Source: Auanema rhodensis (taxonomy: Eukaryota; Animalia; Nematoda). Taken from it: DNA of 64,000 nucleotides. The position numbers were made by a program, and so were the translations under genes. The stretch covers positions 13,392,001 through 13,456,000 of the forward strand of contig OZ059899.1 in the NCBI GenBank assembly GCA_964057225.1. Direction: 5' to 3'. The notes below the pieces were generated by a model. The model was given only the letters and a program-made list of their open reading frames with translations, had not been told where the DNA came from and made no database searches. This document shows positions 38,017 to 52,118 of this stretch, piece by piece; position 1 is the first letter of the stretch, and the number at the start of each line of letters is the position of its first letter.

Positions 38017-39629
38017 ATGACTGAGGTCAAGCCGGTTTCACCGTGGGTGTTGTATTTTAATGATATTTATTACACTTCACTGAAACATGTGTTTGTATAC
38101 ATACTATTTCCTATTGCAGTGGAACTCTTTCTTTATGGAAAAAGTACGGACCTTCAGAAAATACCGTTCGTGGTATTGTTATTGGAGGAATCACTGGTGG
38201 AATTGAGGTGAAAACAATTCGAAAACCGGATGTTTTATTTACTATGTTTTTATTTTAGATTTGTATCACCTTTCCCACGGAATACGTAAAGACTCAGCTC
38301 CAATTGGATGAACGCTCTTCGACTCCGAAATTCAAGGTTTCTTATTAAAATGGTTTAAGCGAACATCGTTGTACTCTATTGAAACAATGATAAGAATGAA
38401 ATTCGAGTGTCAGTAAATCGCGTGGTGGTGTGATGGAGATGTTACCATATTGGATTTCATTTTTTTTGGGTTCTATAGATTGTTTCTGCAGGGACCCATC
38501 GACTGTGTAAAGCAAACCGTCAACGGTCACGGCTTCTTTGGTTTATACAGAGGACTTTCTGTATTACTGTATGGATCTATCCCCAAATCCTCCTTCAGGT
38601 TTTTTTGCTCTCGCATAAAAAAGTTTAGTATTTCTTTTCTTTGCAGATTTGGTACTTTCGAGTATCTTAAAGGTAAAGCTGCTGATGAGAGGGGAAATTT
38701 GACCCCCATGATGAGATTAGCCTGTGGTCTTGGAGCTGGTATTATCTTTTTTTAATAATTAAATTCAAAAGTATTTTTAAGGAATCGCTGAAGCTGTCTT
38801 TGCCGTTACTCCAATGGAGACTATCAAAGTTAAATTTATTCATGACCAAGGTCTTCCTCAGCCTAAATTCAAAGGTTTCGCTCATGGTGTAGGGTGCATC
38901 ATCAAGCAAGATGGACTTGGGGTAGGATGACGTCAGTTATTTTGAAGAAAAAAAATTTTTTTCTAGGGTATTTACAAAGGAGTTACCGCAACCATGGCTA
39001 AACAAGGATCTAATCAAGCCATTAGATTCTTTGTTATGGAAACTTTGAAGGTAAATCATATTTGTCAATACTGTTACCTCTAGATAATCAGCAATAGTTA
39101 CAAGATGATCTCTGTGAAGGTCATGGGAATCGTTGTTCTAATTCTTTTATTGAAACGATAAGAGATCATGAAATATTAACGTTTTTTGAGAATCATAAAT
39201 ATTTAAACCGTTTTTATTATAGGATTGGTATAGAGATGGAGATAATACTAAAACTATTTCCAAGCCTATTGTTGGTCTCATGGGAGCCGTTGCTGGAGCT
39301 GCTTCTGTCTATGGTAATAAAAAAATAACATTGAACTAAGTTATATAATATTTTCAGGTAACACCCCGATTGATGTAGTTAAAACACGTATGCAAGGACT
39401 GGAATCCAAGAAGTACAAGAGCTCCATTGATTGTGCTATGAAGATCTGGAAAAACGAAGGATTCTTCGCGTATGCTGTTACACATATTTTATCATTGTTA
39501 AAAACTTTTTTTAGTTTCTACAAAGGAACCGTCCCCCGATTATCTCGTGTCTGCCTCGATGTCGCTATCACCTTCATGATTTATGATTCTATCATGGAGT
39601 TCCTTAACAAGCATTGGAAGAAAGCATAA
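38017..39629 (+). CDS. SLC25A1: Mitochondrial citrate/tricarboxylate carrier
   Basis: Three carrier motifs [21 protein letters not shown] and [11 protein letters not shown], plus [22 protein letters not shown] and [23 protein letters not shown]. Confidence 0.95.
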
Positions 39630-40582
39630 ATTTAATGTATTATAGTATTTTATAGACGTTTTCACATATTTATTTTAGCTAGTTTTATTTTCCATAATTA
39701 ACCTAATAATTGAGAAGTTACCATTCCTGAAATTGTATATCCGAGTAGGTAGCATTCTTCGCTATATAATAACCTCACCAAGTTTTATTCTATTCTGTTC
39801 AACATTCCCATTTCCCATAGGTTGTGCTACGAAAATGTGAAAATAGGTTTCTGTGATCCATTAGGTTTAGAAGAGTTTTCATATAACTGCCTTATATTAT
39901 TAATAAATATATTTTTAACAATAATTTAAAAAATGATTTTAATATTTTTAGAGAAAGCTAGCTAATTGAAGCGTATGACGAAAAAACAAAAAGCTTGATT
40001 GAAAAAGGGAGAAAGCCACTTTTAATCTTTTAGCTGTTTGGTCTCTTTCTTGTTCCCTACAGTTCTCTATTTCTCTGCACTATGTCTAATGACTATTCCA
40101 AGTTTATGTATAGATTCTTTTTCTTCCATATTCGAAAAGGATATACTATTATTTTTGTTTATATTTTATTTATCTCAATTTTTTGGAAATATAGATAAAA
40201 AAGTTTCAAAATATAATCACTATTTGTGTAAAGGTTTATAATCTATAAGTATTGATTTTGTGCAACACCGTGCTATATTTTTGACTATCTTATTTTCAAA
40301 TTATTATTATATTTTTTATTACTATCTGTAATTTTGAAAAGTTTCTTTGATAAAGATAGTAAAATGCTGCCACGCTTCGGCTTCGATTAATGATCAGAAC
40401 TGTTTTATAAACAAAACTATGGCTCAGACACTATCCGATGACAATTGTCCATTACACTAGCATACTAATGCTGTTATTTTCGCATGTCGTTATTTTATTC
40501 CCTTGGAAATGTGTTTTAAAATGTTGTATTCCACTTTATGTTGTTATAATATTTACAAGTACATAATGATTTATATTTTTAG

Positions 40583-42543
40583 ATGGCGAATCCAGTGCGT
40601 GAAGGATATCGGGAATTCGAAAATGAAGATGATGGAACAGTACCCGCTGCCCAAGTAAAATTTTTGCATTGTTGTTATTTATTATTTTTGTTTTTAAAGA
40701 GTGTTCCAAGACCACGCGAGGATACATCACTGTTTCAAGATAGAATGCCTACAAGTAACACACTAACACCTGAACAAGCTTTTGTACATATGGTTAAAGT
40801 AAGTTCATTTTTTAATTTAAACTAATAAATTTGGGATATCCTTGTAATTATTTTATAGGCTATGCTCGGTACTGGGTTGCTGTCTCTTCCGTTGGCTTTC
40901 AAACATTCAGGTCTTTTTGTGGGTCTTTTACTTTTTTTTCTTTTTTTGTAATAACATGTTCAGCTAGGCTTGATTTTAACTATTATTATTTGTATCGTAT
41001 GCTTATACTGTATGAGACAAGTAGTATTTGCTGCTCACTTTGTTTGTAATAGGTAGCTATCTTAATTGAAAACTATATATTATATGTTTTGAAAATTAGA
41101 AATGGACGTGATCTTATTGATTACGCAAATATTATGAGAGGAGCTGTTGAAATGGGACCTCCTTGGATCAAAAGATATGGATATTTTTTCAAGTTAGTAA
41201 TCTTTATTTCTAATTGAAACAAGTAAGTTATTTTTCAGGCAGTTAGTTAATATTAATATGTTCATCTCCCAATTCGGGTTTTGTTGTGTATACTTCGTAT
41301 TTATGGCAGATAACCTGGAAGATGTATGAATTGACATTTGCTTTTTTCTTTATATTGTAATGTATATTACTTACAGTTTTTTAATAACAATACTGGTATT
41401 CATATGTCTAAAGCTGCTTGGATGCTGGTTTTATTGATCCCGATGATGCTGCTATGTTCCATTAGGAAGTAATTATAATACCCTTTTCAAAAAAGCAAAT
41501 TTTCTTTGTAGACTTTCCGTTCTAGCACCTTTAGCTATGGGAGCTAATGTTGTTTATATATGCGCTGTTGGATTAGTTTTATTCTTTTTCTTATCAAGTA
41601 AGCAACCAATGTTTATAATCACTTTAAAATCTTTTCAGATTTGCAACCAATTAATACTTTGCCATGGTTCGGGAAGTTGACAGACCTTCCTCTCTTCTTT
41701 GGAACTGTTATGTTTGCTTTTGAAGGAGTTGCTGTGGTATCAGTTCTTGTTTTTGTTTCTTTCTCATTTTGGCTATTAAGATTATGCCGATCGAAAACAG
41801 AATGCAATCACCTCACTCATTTATCTCTTGGAATGGTGTTCTCAATTCTAGTTGTCTTGTTGTTCTCGCTATTTTCCTTGTGACCGGATTCTATGGGTAA
41901 TTATAAGAGTTCTTCAAATATATATAATTATTTCTAGATACCTTTCTTTGGGTGATGCTGTTAAAGATACAGCAACTTTGAATCTTCCAATGACTCCGTA
42001 AGTCAAAAGAATGGTTCTTGCAAATTTCTTACCTATATTTTTAGATTTTATCAAACTATAAAATTAATGTTTGTTGCATGTATAATGATTTCATATCCAC
42101 TTCAATTTTACGTTCCTATGGAACGTGTGGAGAAATGGATCACTAGAAAAATCCCAGTTCACCGTCAAACTTCTTATATATACGGAACTCGATTGGGAGG
42201 TGTTCTTCTAACATGTTTGTGATATATTATAAAATTATTGTATTATTCAATTATTCAATTCTAGGCGCAATTGCTGAGCTTATTCCTCATTTAGCTCTTT
42301 TCATTTCACTCATTGGAGCCTTTTCAGGAGCATCAATGGCTTTGGTCTTTCCACCTTGTATAGAGCTATTAGTATGAATGATCTGACTTTTTTTTATGAT
42401 TAATTTTTTTTCAGACGTTATATGCTAAGGGAGAACTCACTCCACTGGCCTGGGGCAAAAACTCTTTTCTTTTGAGTTTTGCCCTACTTGGATTCACCAC
42501 TGGCACTTATGCCGCGTTATCCGAAATATTCAAAACTTTCTAA
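40583..42543 (+). CDS. SLC36 proton-coupled amino acid transporter
   Basis: AFVHMVK|AMLGTGLLSLPLAFKHSG, QFGFCCVYFVFMADNL, LPLFFGTVMFAFEGVAV, TGFYGYLSLG, SYPLQFYVP, IPHLALFISLIGA. Stop at 42541-42543. Confidence 0.94.
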
Positions 42544-43127
42544 ACTGAATACAATATACATGCGTTAATATACTCGAGTGTCTGTATGTGTGTGTGGGGG
42601 ATTAAGTGGTGCAGTGATCTTAATATTATCATCTCAATGAGATTCTTAGTAGTTTGATAAATTTGTAACTAAAAGCTTGCTGGTCTTGCATTTATGGATG
42701 GTCCATAAATTTGTCAGCATATATATGTGTATTTTGAAACATCCCGATATATTACTATTTTTCGTTAAAAAATAACGAAAAAAAAATGCCGCTTTGTATT
42801 GTATTTCGTGATGTTTGAACTGGTAGTAAATTATATCGTAGATATAAGGGTAAAGCGGATTTCTCAAATATGTCGCTTCAAATCTAACTGTGATTGTTCA
42901 GCAATATTGTTTGTATCATATTGAGAAATTTAAATCATATTGCATTTTACCATTTTACCTAGGAATAAAAAAAATAAAGTTTTATTGATCTAAAGCTCAA
43001 TTCGTAATGCAATAACATACAGAAGAAAATATTAGCAATCTAATGACTTAAGTACAATATTCTAATTTTTCACGCGTTTCCTCGTGTGCTCACGTTCGAA
43101 ATTTCATTTTGTTTTAACAAAAAGAGA

Positions 43128-45940
43128 ATGTGGTTGTTCACAACCGCTCTATGTTTAATACTACTGACTGATTTTACCTTGACTGTAAGTTTTTCGACCA
43201 TTGTTTTTCATTGTCTCCTTTATTAAGCAAAAAGGTAGTAAGCGTAACACATCTCGTTATCCGCTTTGCTCTCCGGAAGTAATTGATAGTGAAAACATTG
43301 TGGTGAATTACGTTTTCTTGCTAGATCATGCACACACTGATGATAAAGTAAATTTGAATATATATAATAACAATATATATATATGTGTCTTTTAGATTGA
43401 TAAACTCAAATATCTCATGAAAGCCATGAGCTGTGAAATTGGCAGTACTAATTCATATAAGTTACGCTTGTTACATGCTAGTCATGAACAGGTAAACAAA
43501 AAATTAAAAATTTTTACAACTTAAAATGCATATACAGTCGAAGCCTACTAAAGTCGTGAACAGTTCAGATTTCCCCAGACTGTTGGATGATAATGAAATT
43601 AAAGGTGTAAGAATTGGATTCATATACTTACAGCTTTGTATTTACAGATAAGAAGAATAAGAAAACAAGTCTTTGTGATCGGCTTAATATTTCTTTACCT
43701 CAAATACGTACACATCCTAATCAGTATTACAGATTTATTGTGCCTTATGATTTTTCGAAAGAAAGTAAGTTTTCTAAGGAGCATAACGATTTTAAGTTCA
43801 TTTTGCTTCCAGCTTGTTCCGTGATAGATACATTCCGAACAATTTTTGGGAATTTTAAGCACAGAAAACAAATCTACTTGGACATCATTGGATTTAATAA
43901 AGGATCTTCTTCGAATAATGCTATCGTGGTCAGCACTCAGTGGAATTCTATCGATGTCAAAGGTTGGTAGTTGGAACATTCTATGTTTCTATCCCTTTAT
44001 CTTATAACGATGTATTATAAAGTGTCAGCAAATTACAGTTCCTAAACTCACTGTTTCATCAGAATTCCGTGATATTTCCGGTGACGATCATATAACAGCT
44101 CAAATAACTAATTGGTTAGATTATGAAAATTAAAGCATATAACAGATAATTAGATTTTTTAGGGCTCATCGAACAATCGACACAGAGGATCAAAATGTTG
44201 TTTTCGAAAATTGGACTCTGCCTACAAAATCTAGTATATCAGAAACAACGTCCATTCCGATATCAGAGGAAAGTGAAGTGTTGAATAACACACAAATAAC
44301 CACTGTGTCGGACTATGACAAAGCATTGAATGATACTGATTCTTCAACATTAGTTCCAACTGATAAATACAATTCTAATTCTCTGGTCAAAGAACTACAT
44401 GCGAATGGCAATGATTTGATGAAGATGTTTTACAATAAAACGTACGGTATTAATATAATAATACAAGATATTTCTTGTTTGCAGAGTATATGAAATAAAA
44501 ATGGATGATAAAGAATCTGCGCTTTTTAAGCTGTGAGTTTTCATGTGCTACTCGGTATACTGTAAGTAGTCGATAATTGTATTCAGAATGGTCAAAAATA
44601 ATACCAAATTCGAATTTATCAAAAATGAATCATTTATGGTTTTCGAACAGGATTTTCGTGTGGAGAATATCGACACTACCAATGAAGATGGCCCGGATGG
44701 ATTCATGTAAGTAGGCGTGAATGTTGGAATGAACAAAGCTATATTTAAGACGATACAAATTGAATAACCAAGATGGTATCAAATTTTTCATTGATATGTA
44801 AGCTTTCACTAACGATTTGCAGAAGTTTTAAATATTTCATGCTGTTTTAGACCAACCATTGTACATAAAAACCATCGCGATATGCTAGATGACTCAGTGT
44901 CTTCCACCAGTACCATTCTCGAAACATATTTAGCAAACTTAACTGATACTGTTTCAACTTCGACATTACAAATGGATAACATTACTACTACTCCTGCCGA
45001 GGAAAATACAGATGCTGAAGAAGCTGCTTCAGTGGCAAATGGAATTTTTAGCATCTCAATGCTTAGCTATGTATATTTTCATAGAAATGTTACAACAACT
45101 AGTCAAGGTTAAGCTGATTTGAATTTATAAATAAAAATCAATATTTTAAGGAATTTCTGAGAAAACTTCGTGAGTTTGTCATTAATGTTATTGAATATAT
45201 TTATCTTTGGAAAGCAGAAATGAACAGGAACAAGTATCCAGTAGCTCGATGAAAACTCCTATTATTATTCTAGCTATTTTTTTCATATTACTCACTTGCT
45301 GCTTATGCTATATCCGTCGCAAAAATAAGCGAGAAGTAGGATTTAGTATGTAAGTTACAAATGAAAGTAGCATTGTTACAGTATCACATCTCCGATCCGG
45401 CAAGTACGCCACTAATTAAGGTTTCTTCCAAAGAAGCTACTACACCTACGGTCTGTCTTTTACATTTCAGTACGGATTATTTTTATAATACATATTTTAG
45501 ACTGTACCAGGAACTGCATTAGAATTAGAATCTATTGAAGTGAAAAAAACAAGCGAAATTCCTTCAGTCAGTGGACATTTTCTTAATTAATTTTTTATCT
45601 ATTCTTTTAACAGCAGAACAAGCGGGGTAGCTCGCTTGGTATGGCTCCTACACAAAGAGGTTCCCTTTCCTCAACTCTGAAAGATTCTGATCCGGATCCA
45701 TATAGCCCTCCTATAAATTACGTTGCTGATCGTAGGTTTATCTATTCTGCTCAATTTGAATTACAGACTTGCTATTTTCAGTGCAGTATGATGACATACA
45801 GGTAACTCCACCCTTTTCGCCGGATATTTTAGCATCCAAGGTATATCGCCATTATTACGTTATCAAGACAATTTATTAATTTTCAGAGAAACGAAGTAAA
45901 GCCAGCTCAAGAATTGAAATCTCTCAGAATTGCCAGTTAA
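43128..45940 (+). CDS. Uncharacterised multi-exon type I membrane protein (possible degenerate vWA-like domain, Ser/Thr-rich stalk)
   Basis: Signal peptide MWLFTTALCLILLTDFTLT; NIVVNYVFLLDH...IYLDIIGF; Thr/Ser-rich exons at 44200-45050; TM IIILAIFFILLTCCLCYI followed by RRKNKR; tail with YSPPINY and YDDI. Many canonical short introns, not all phases verified. Confidence 0.65.
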
Positions 45941-46356
45941 TGAATGATTAGTTCAGGCTAATTAGTTCTTTGAAAACAACCAAGCTGTAGCCACATTAAT
46001 AAATAGTGAAGAGTGCTTAAAGCACAAAATGTATACTAGTTATTTTTTTAAATGAAATATTTCAATACAACTTTTGCTTGGGGAATCACAATAATTAGCC
46101 AACACGTTGAAAGCCAATGAATTCATAGTTTTTTTGTCGTCAATACATCAAATATTGTTTTCCCCCTTATTATACATATGTGGATAATAGTGTTTTGTTG
46201 AAACTCCTGAGAAGAATGTCTTTCGTTTTTTAATAATTTAATTAATTATATAAAACAAACAAAATTACGCAGAGTAAATCTATGAATATCTGGTACGAAA
46301 CTATGTAAAATAATGACTGGAATATTATTATCACAACCGCAAAGAAACTCGTTTTT

Positions 46357-49134
46357 CTACTTTCTTGGAATAAGGCCAAATTGCTCAGGACGAAGAAGAG
46401 TAGCAACAACATCTTTTTCGAGCTGTTCTAATTCTTGTAAAACAGCACCCAAATCACTGAATCAAATGAGTTACTGCAAAACTAAACAAGTTCAACGAAC
46501 CTTTGCTTCTTTCCTGGTGAAGTGATAAGTTCAATGTAGTACTTGATCTTAGGTTCAGTTCCTGAAGCACGGAGAGTAGCAATACTTCCATTAGCTAATG
46601 TAAACGTAATCATTTCAGAAGAAGTAGAGATGGGCAATAACTGAAATTGACAAAAATTATTCTGTAAATAATGTGTAAATTGTATTACTGGCTTATTTTC
46701 AGGTTGAGAGTTATCATAGCCAATAGTTAAATCACGAACGTATTTAACAGCTTCGGAACCAATCTTCTCGGGGAACTGTAAAATTATTACATAGTATAAC
46801 AAAATAAAAAGGTTTTACTTTGAGATCTTTACGGAGAGAAGCGAACAGTTGGGTACGAGCATCAGCATGAGGAATAAACCAGTATGTTGAACGAACGAGA
46901 TGGAATCCATAGTTCTCATAAAGCTCATAAAGTTTATCTGTTAAAGAGCGACCTTCATTATGAAGAACAGCTGCAAGCTCAGCAAAAACGGCAGCCGAGC
47001 TAACACCATCCTGAAATTATAGATCATTGCCATGATTCTAAAAATTTCAGTGGCAAACCTTGTCCATAGTATGTCCAGGCATAAATCCAATGCTCTCTTC
47101 CCAGGCAAGGATAACTTTGTTTCCTTGCTGACGAAGCTCTTCGGCTTTATTGCCCATCCATTTGAATCCGGTCAGAGTAACATCATTTTTGAATCCTAAA
47201 CTGATCTTTGCAAGAGCAAATTCGAGTGACCAGAAAAAAAAAGAAAAAAACCTTCAGTATCAGCAATAGTCTTAACAATTTGTGAGGAAACTGCGCTGTT
47301 AAGGATGTAAACTTTGGAGGCATCTTCATTAGGGTTTTGCTTTCTCCAGTTATGCCAGATCCACCAGGTAATTAAAGCTCCCATTTCATTTCCAGTGAAT
47401 ACTCTCCATTCACCACTGAAAATTTGCATATACATACACATATATGCTCATATTCTTTAAAACTTACTTGCCCTGTTTTTCAGCCAGCTGAATACGGTCG
47501 GCATCTGGATCGTTAGCAAGAACAATGGTTGAGCCATGCTTATCAGCAGTTTCAAGGCAAAGAGTCAAAACCTTTCTACCTTCTTCAGGGTTGGGGAAAG
47601 GAATAGTTGGGAAATCTGGGTTAGGCTCCTGTTGTTCTTGAACAGAAATAAAACTGCTTTCAGGGAATCCAAATTCTTTGAACATTCTCTTGGTATAGAG
47701 GTAGCCGATGCCATGGAAAGCAGAATAGGTGAACTTCAATGGAGTTTTCTCATTGATGGTTCTTGAAAAATATAGAAATTAAAAAAGGAAGTTATTACAT
47801 CCATGTGTTACCTGTTGAATACCAAAGATTGCTCAACAGCAAAATAAGGATCAATTGAAACATCAGCAGACTTGAGAAGCGGACTAGCGTCTAATCCGGA
47901 AAGATCCCAGTACTCTGGTCTTGGCTCTGGCTCAGCTTCAGCATACTTGACAATCTCTACATCATGAGGACCAATAATCTAAAAACATAAATAAGATCCT
48001 TCCTAGAAAATATATATGTGAAATGCTAAAAATGTTTACTTGAGCTCCATTGTTCCAATAAGCTTTGTATCCGTTGTCCTCTTTAGGATTGTGAGAAGCA
48101 GTAATGATGAGACCAGCATCACATTTCAAATGAATAGTAGCCCAGGACTGGAATGAGAAAAGATGCTATAAATTGAAAGAATAAATAGACAAATTAACCA
48201 CAACAGGAGTTGGTGAGACTTCACTAAATAAGTAAACAGGAATTCCATTTCTGATGAACACATTGGCAGCCAGCTGCGCAAATCTGTAAAATAGATTTGA
48301 CGCATTGTGAACTATAGAAAAAGTCTGTACCGTTTACTGTTGTGGCGACCATCAAATCCAATAGCAATTCCATTTGATTTTCCAGTAAAGACAGCCTTAA
48401 AATTCCAAATAAAAGATTGAATGACAAAGACAACATGCAACCAATCTGTAAGTAAAGACCGAGAAAAATGAAATTCAAGACGTAACATAGAAATCGTGAG
48501 AATTTGTTTCCTATTGGAAATTTAGTCGAAAGAGATGTGACAGAATAAGGAAAATAATTAAGTTAATTTTCAGTAACGTAAAAAACACAGAATGCAATCA
48601 CTGCTTCGCGTTTGAAAATGAAAATTTAATATTCTGATTTTGCTTTCGGAGACTGCCAAATGCTGTTCCCTTATGTAGATGATAACAAAAAAAGGAGAAC
48701 ATTAGAAAAAATAGTAAGATTTGTATTCTACGAGAGAAATTAGTAGGAAGAAGAGAAATAGTAATAGTTCTTTGAAAGTAAACGGATTCTTACATTCATA
48801 TGCATAGCGAATCCATGGGTAATTTGGATGATTGTGAGATCATTAAGACGAGCAAAACCAGCTTGCATGGGAGCACGGATACCTACAATAATAGTTCATC
48901 AGTTTGACTGAACATGTGTTAACCAAACCAGCAGTTCCAAATGTGAGTTTTCCATTCATGCGAGCCTTCAAAGCATCAACATCTTTGGAATCAACAAGCG
49001 CTCTGATCTCAGCACGAGTCTTTTCGTTCTAAAAAAATCAATGAGGTGTTTCAATAATGTAATTAATGTAATACCTGATCCCAAGAAAACCACTTATGGA
49101 CTTTCTGGTCAAGCTCTGGGCATCCAAGGGTCAT
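46357..49134 (-). CDS. PGM2: Phosphoglucomutase-2 / phosphopentomutase
   Basis: LTFGTAGIR, GFDGRHNS, catalytic ITASHNP, YSAFHGIG, FPNPEEG, metal loop DPDADR, TLTGFKWMGN, WEESIG, DKDGVSAA, RASGTEPKIKYY. Confidence 0.96.
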
Positions 49135-50538
49135 TTTATTACTGAAATAAAGTTGTTATTAGTAAAAGCAATAGCATACAGTGGCAAAATATGTAAGGAC
49201 CAAAGGGTAACAAATGATTGGAAAAACCATAAAATTGATATTTCCAAAAAAGTTCGGGGCAACGTTGATAAGATACGCAATGTGCTAGTTTAATGGAAAA
49301 TGCAGGAACGTCGAATATGGTGACAAGTATCGAAAGTCGCATATAGATATTAATCAAAAAGCTTGTGATTCGATAAAAGGTCAGAATTATAAGAGACATC
49401 AATTGGTATCGATTCCAAGTATATGACTAACTAATTTCCCTCTATAATTTTCTGAATATTTGGCTTTAAAGAACAATATACAACTCGGAAGTCATTCGTA
49501 AATTTACAAAATAAATTATCTCTAGTAATACAATCAGCAGATTACAACTCAAAATAGAATTATGCTAGAGTAGCGAAGTCAAGCTAGAGCCAGAGTGAGA
49601 CGAAAAGCAAATTTTAGAAATTCGTCCAAATTTTCAGAGAAGAGCGCTCAAGGTGACGTGGATAATCATATTAGATTACTTGTTGCACGACGGGTCAACA
49701 GGTTTTTTTTTCAGTTAATTGAAATGTCAATGCATTGGCATTATGTGTGGATATACGTAATTGCTATATATAATGTTGCAGAATTTCAACATGAGAGATG
49801 TGGAAGTTGGAACACAATTAGGTAAGGATACTATTCAGGGCCCAATAATGAAAAGTAAGTTCTTTAATCTTGTTGTTTGCACTGGGGGAGGAGCAGAAGA
49901 TGATAAAAAATCGAGATTTTCACAGATAAAAGATTATATCAAGTAAATATCAAATCTATTTGTAGATGGCATCGCGAAGGTCAATGACCTTGCCAATGAA
50001 GTCACAAGTCATAAAGGGAGAAAACCTTCGGGCTTCATAATCAGAGCAGTTTTTAGATGAAACAATACTAATTAAGGCATACAGGACAAAGACGTCAATT
50101 AACCTGGTGAGATTAAGAAAAAAAACGATGTTGGTAGTTTAGATCAACGTGGTATTATACACAACTTCTAAAAATGGTCATCACACATTCAGATGATAAG
50201 ATAACAGATTATTGTTTGATCTTTTAACATATTTAAATGAAAGATGGCACTATGACACGGCAGGACATTTCGATTTAAATTTATTGAATAACAAGAAGAA
50301 TACAAGTGTTTGATGACAAAGGGGGATGATAATGATGACGATCAGAATACAAAATACATTACATAACACCTGTAATAAACACGTGATTTTCGATTCAATT
50401 GCTCAAAATAGTTTTATGAGGCTGTTTCGAGAAGATCGTTGGTTGGATTAGTTTAGGATCAAATTCTAAAAAATGTTCGAGCTAGTGCACACAAACGAAA
50501 GAGAAATACAATTAAACAACTAATGTGAAGAGAAAAAT

Positions 50539-52118
50539 CTAATATACGAGGTCTTGAACTGCAGGAGTGATGCTGGGACCTTCTTCGTCTTTCATTGATC
50601 CTTTACTCGAGTGGCACTTTGATATACCTTGCACAATTGTATCTGGCGTAATACTGGCTGCTTGTGTCCATTTTTGGCGCAAAGTTGCTGAACAACAGAT
50701 AATATAGAAAAAGAAGATTAACTTACATCTGAAAATCCTAACTCCGGAAGGGCTTGAAGCAATGATTGTGTTTCCGTCGACCAGGAACTTGCATTTCCAT
50801 TTATCACCAGTGTTCGCTAGTCCCAAAGAGCAAATCTTTATAGAAAAATCGATTAGATTAGCTGAATTAATGATATAAATGAACCTTATGAGCAGAAATT
50901 TCAGAAGAATCTGGCATTTCTTCATAATCCTCTTCTCCGTCATCTAATCTCAATCTTAGATTGAAAATGAAGACTTCCCCTGCTGAAACTACAAGTTCGT
51001 GACCATTCTCGGTAATAATGGGAGAGAAACACAAATGAGAAACGGGATGAGGGAGATCCATTCGAATATTATGTACAACTTGGAACTTCCTGAAAAAAAT
51101 GATCTCAGAGATCTTCTTTTTCATTTTCTAAAGATAATACCTCAATGTTTCATTCAATTCATAGATGATGACTCGCTGATCTCTTCTCGTTTTTATATCA
51201 TCAGTAGCGACTGCTAGGAGAACTTTATGGACCGGAGATGACGACCAACTAATGCTACTGCATCTTGCGTAGAAAGGCTTAATGATTAATTGTCACGAAA
51301 AGAGTATGCTAGCCTCCCAAAGGGAAATGCTTCCCCAAAACTTTTTTAAAAAATATTCTCCCACCTGAAGTTCGTGGATCAACTTCCATTGGCTTGTGTC
51401 CAAAGGATTTATAGCTTCAAAAACGCGAACTTCTCCTCGAATATTAGCGGTAGCCTGAATATTTCATAAATATAACGTTTTTTAAAATAAACATTTTAGA
51501 TTTTTTTAAAAATTATAAATATTCAATATTACCAAAACTAGCCCAAGATGTCTTGGACCAAAGGAAAAAGAGGTAACGGTATCCGTGCTGCCTGGGATAA
51601 AGGCTTTGCGCATCCACTTTCTAGTAACTTGTGCTTAAAGGATTACATTAGGAAAAAAAATTTGCATTGTCATTAAATACTTCGGGTAGTTGATGGCACT
51701 TCTTGCCAAATATAGATACTTTTATCCGCTGAGCGAGTCGCTATAATATCTCCAAACTCAGGATGAGCCCATTCACCTTCTACTACAGGTGATCCATGAA
51801 CCTGAATTTGATACCATAATGATAATAACATAGAAGAAACGAGAACCTCCCATTGGGCAGCTAATTGCCATTGTCCGTTATCCTTGAGGTTCCAGATCGA
51901 TAGTCTTCCATCTCTTCCACACAAAAGTAGTCGAGTTCCGTTGCAATTTAAAGTATTCTAAGATGAAAAGGGTTAGGAATTGAACGGAAACACATGGACA
52001 AGGCAATCTCATTGGAGAAACGTACTTGAATAACAAGTTCATTCTGCACGAAATTAGTCCTCTCATCCAATATGAGATCTCTCGTCTGAAATTCGTCTCT
52101 GTCTGTGTCCATATCCAT
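50539..52118 (-). CDS. npp-18: Divergent SEH1-like WD40 nucleoporin
   Basis: NCNGTRLLLCGRDGRLSIW, HGSPVVEGEWAHPEFGDIIATRSADKSIYIWQE, FGPRHLGLVLAT, GEVRVFEAINPLDTSQW. WAHPEFG and P(K/R)HLGL are SEH1 signatures. The last exon end is uncertain. Confidence 0.78.
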
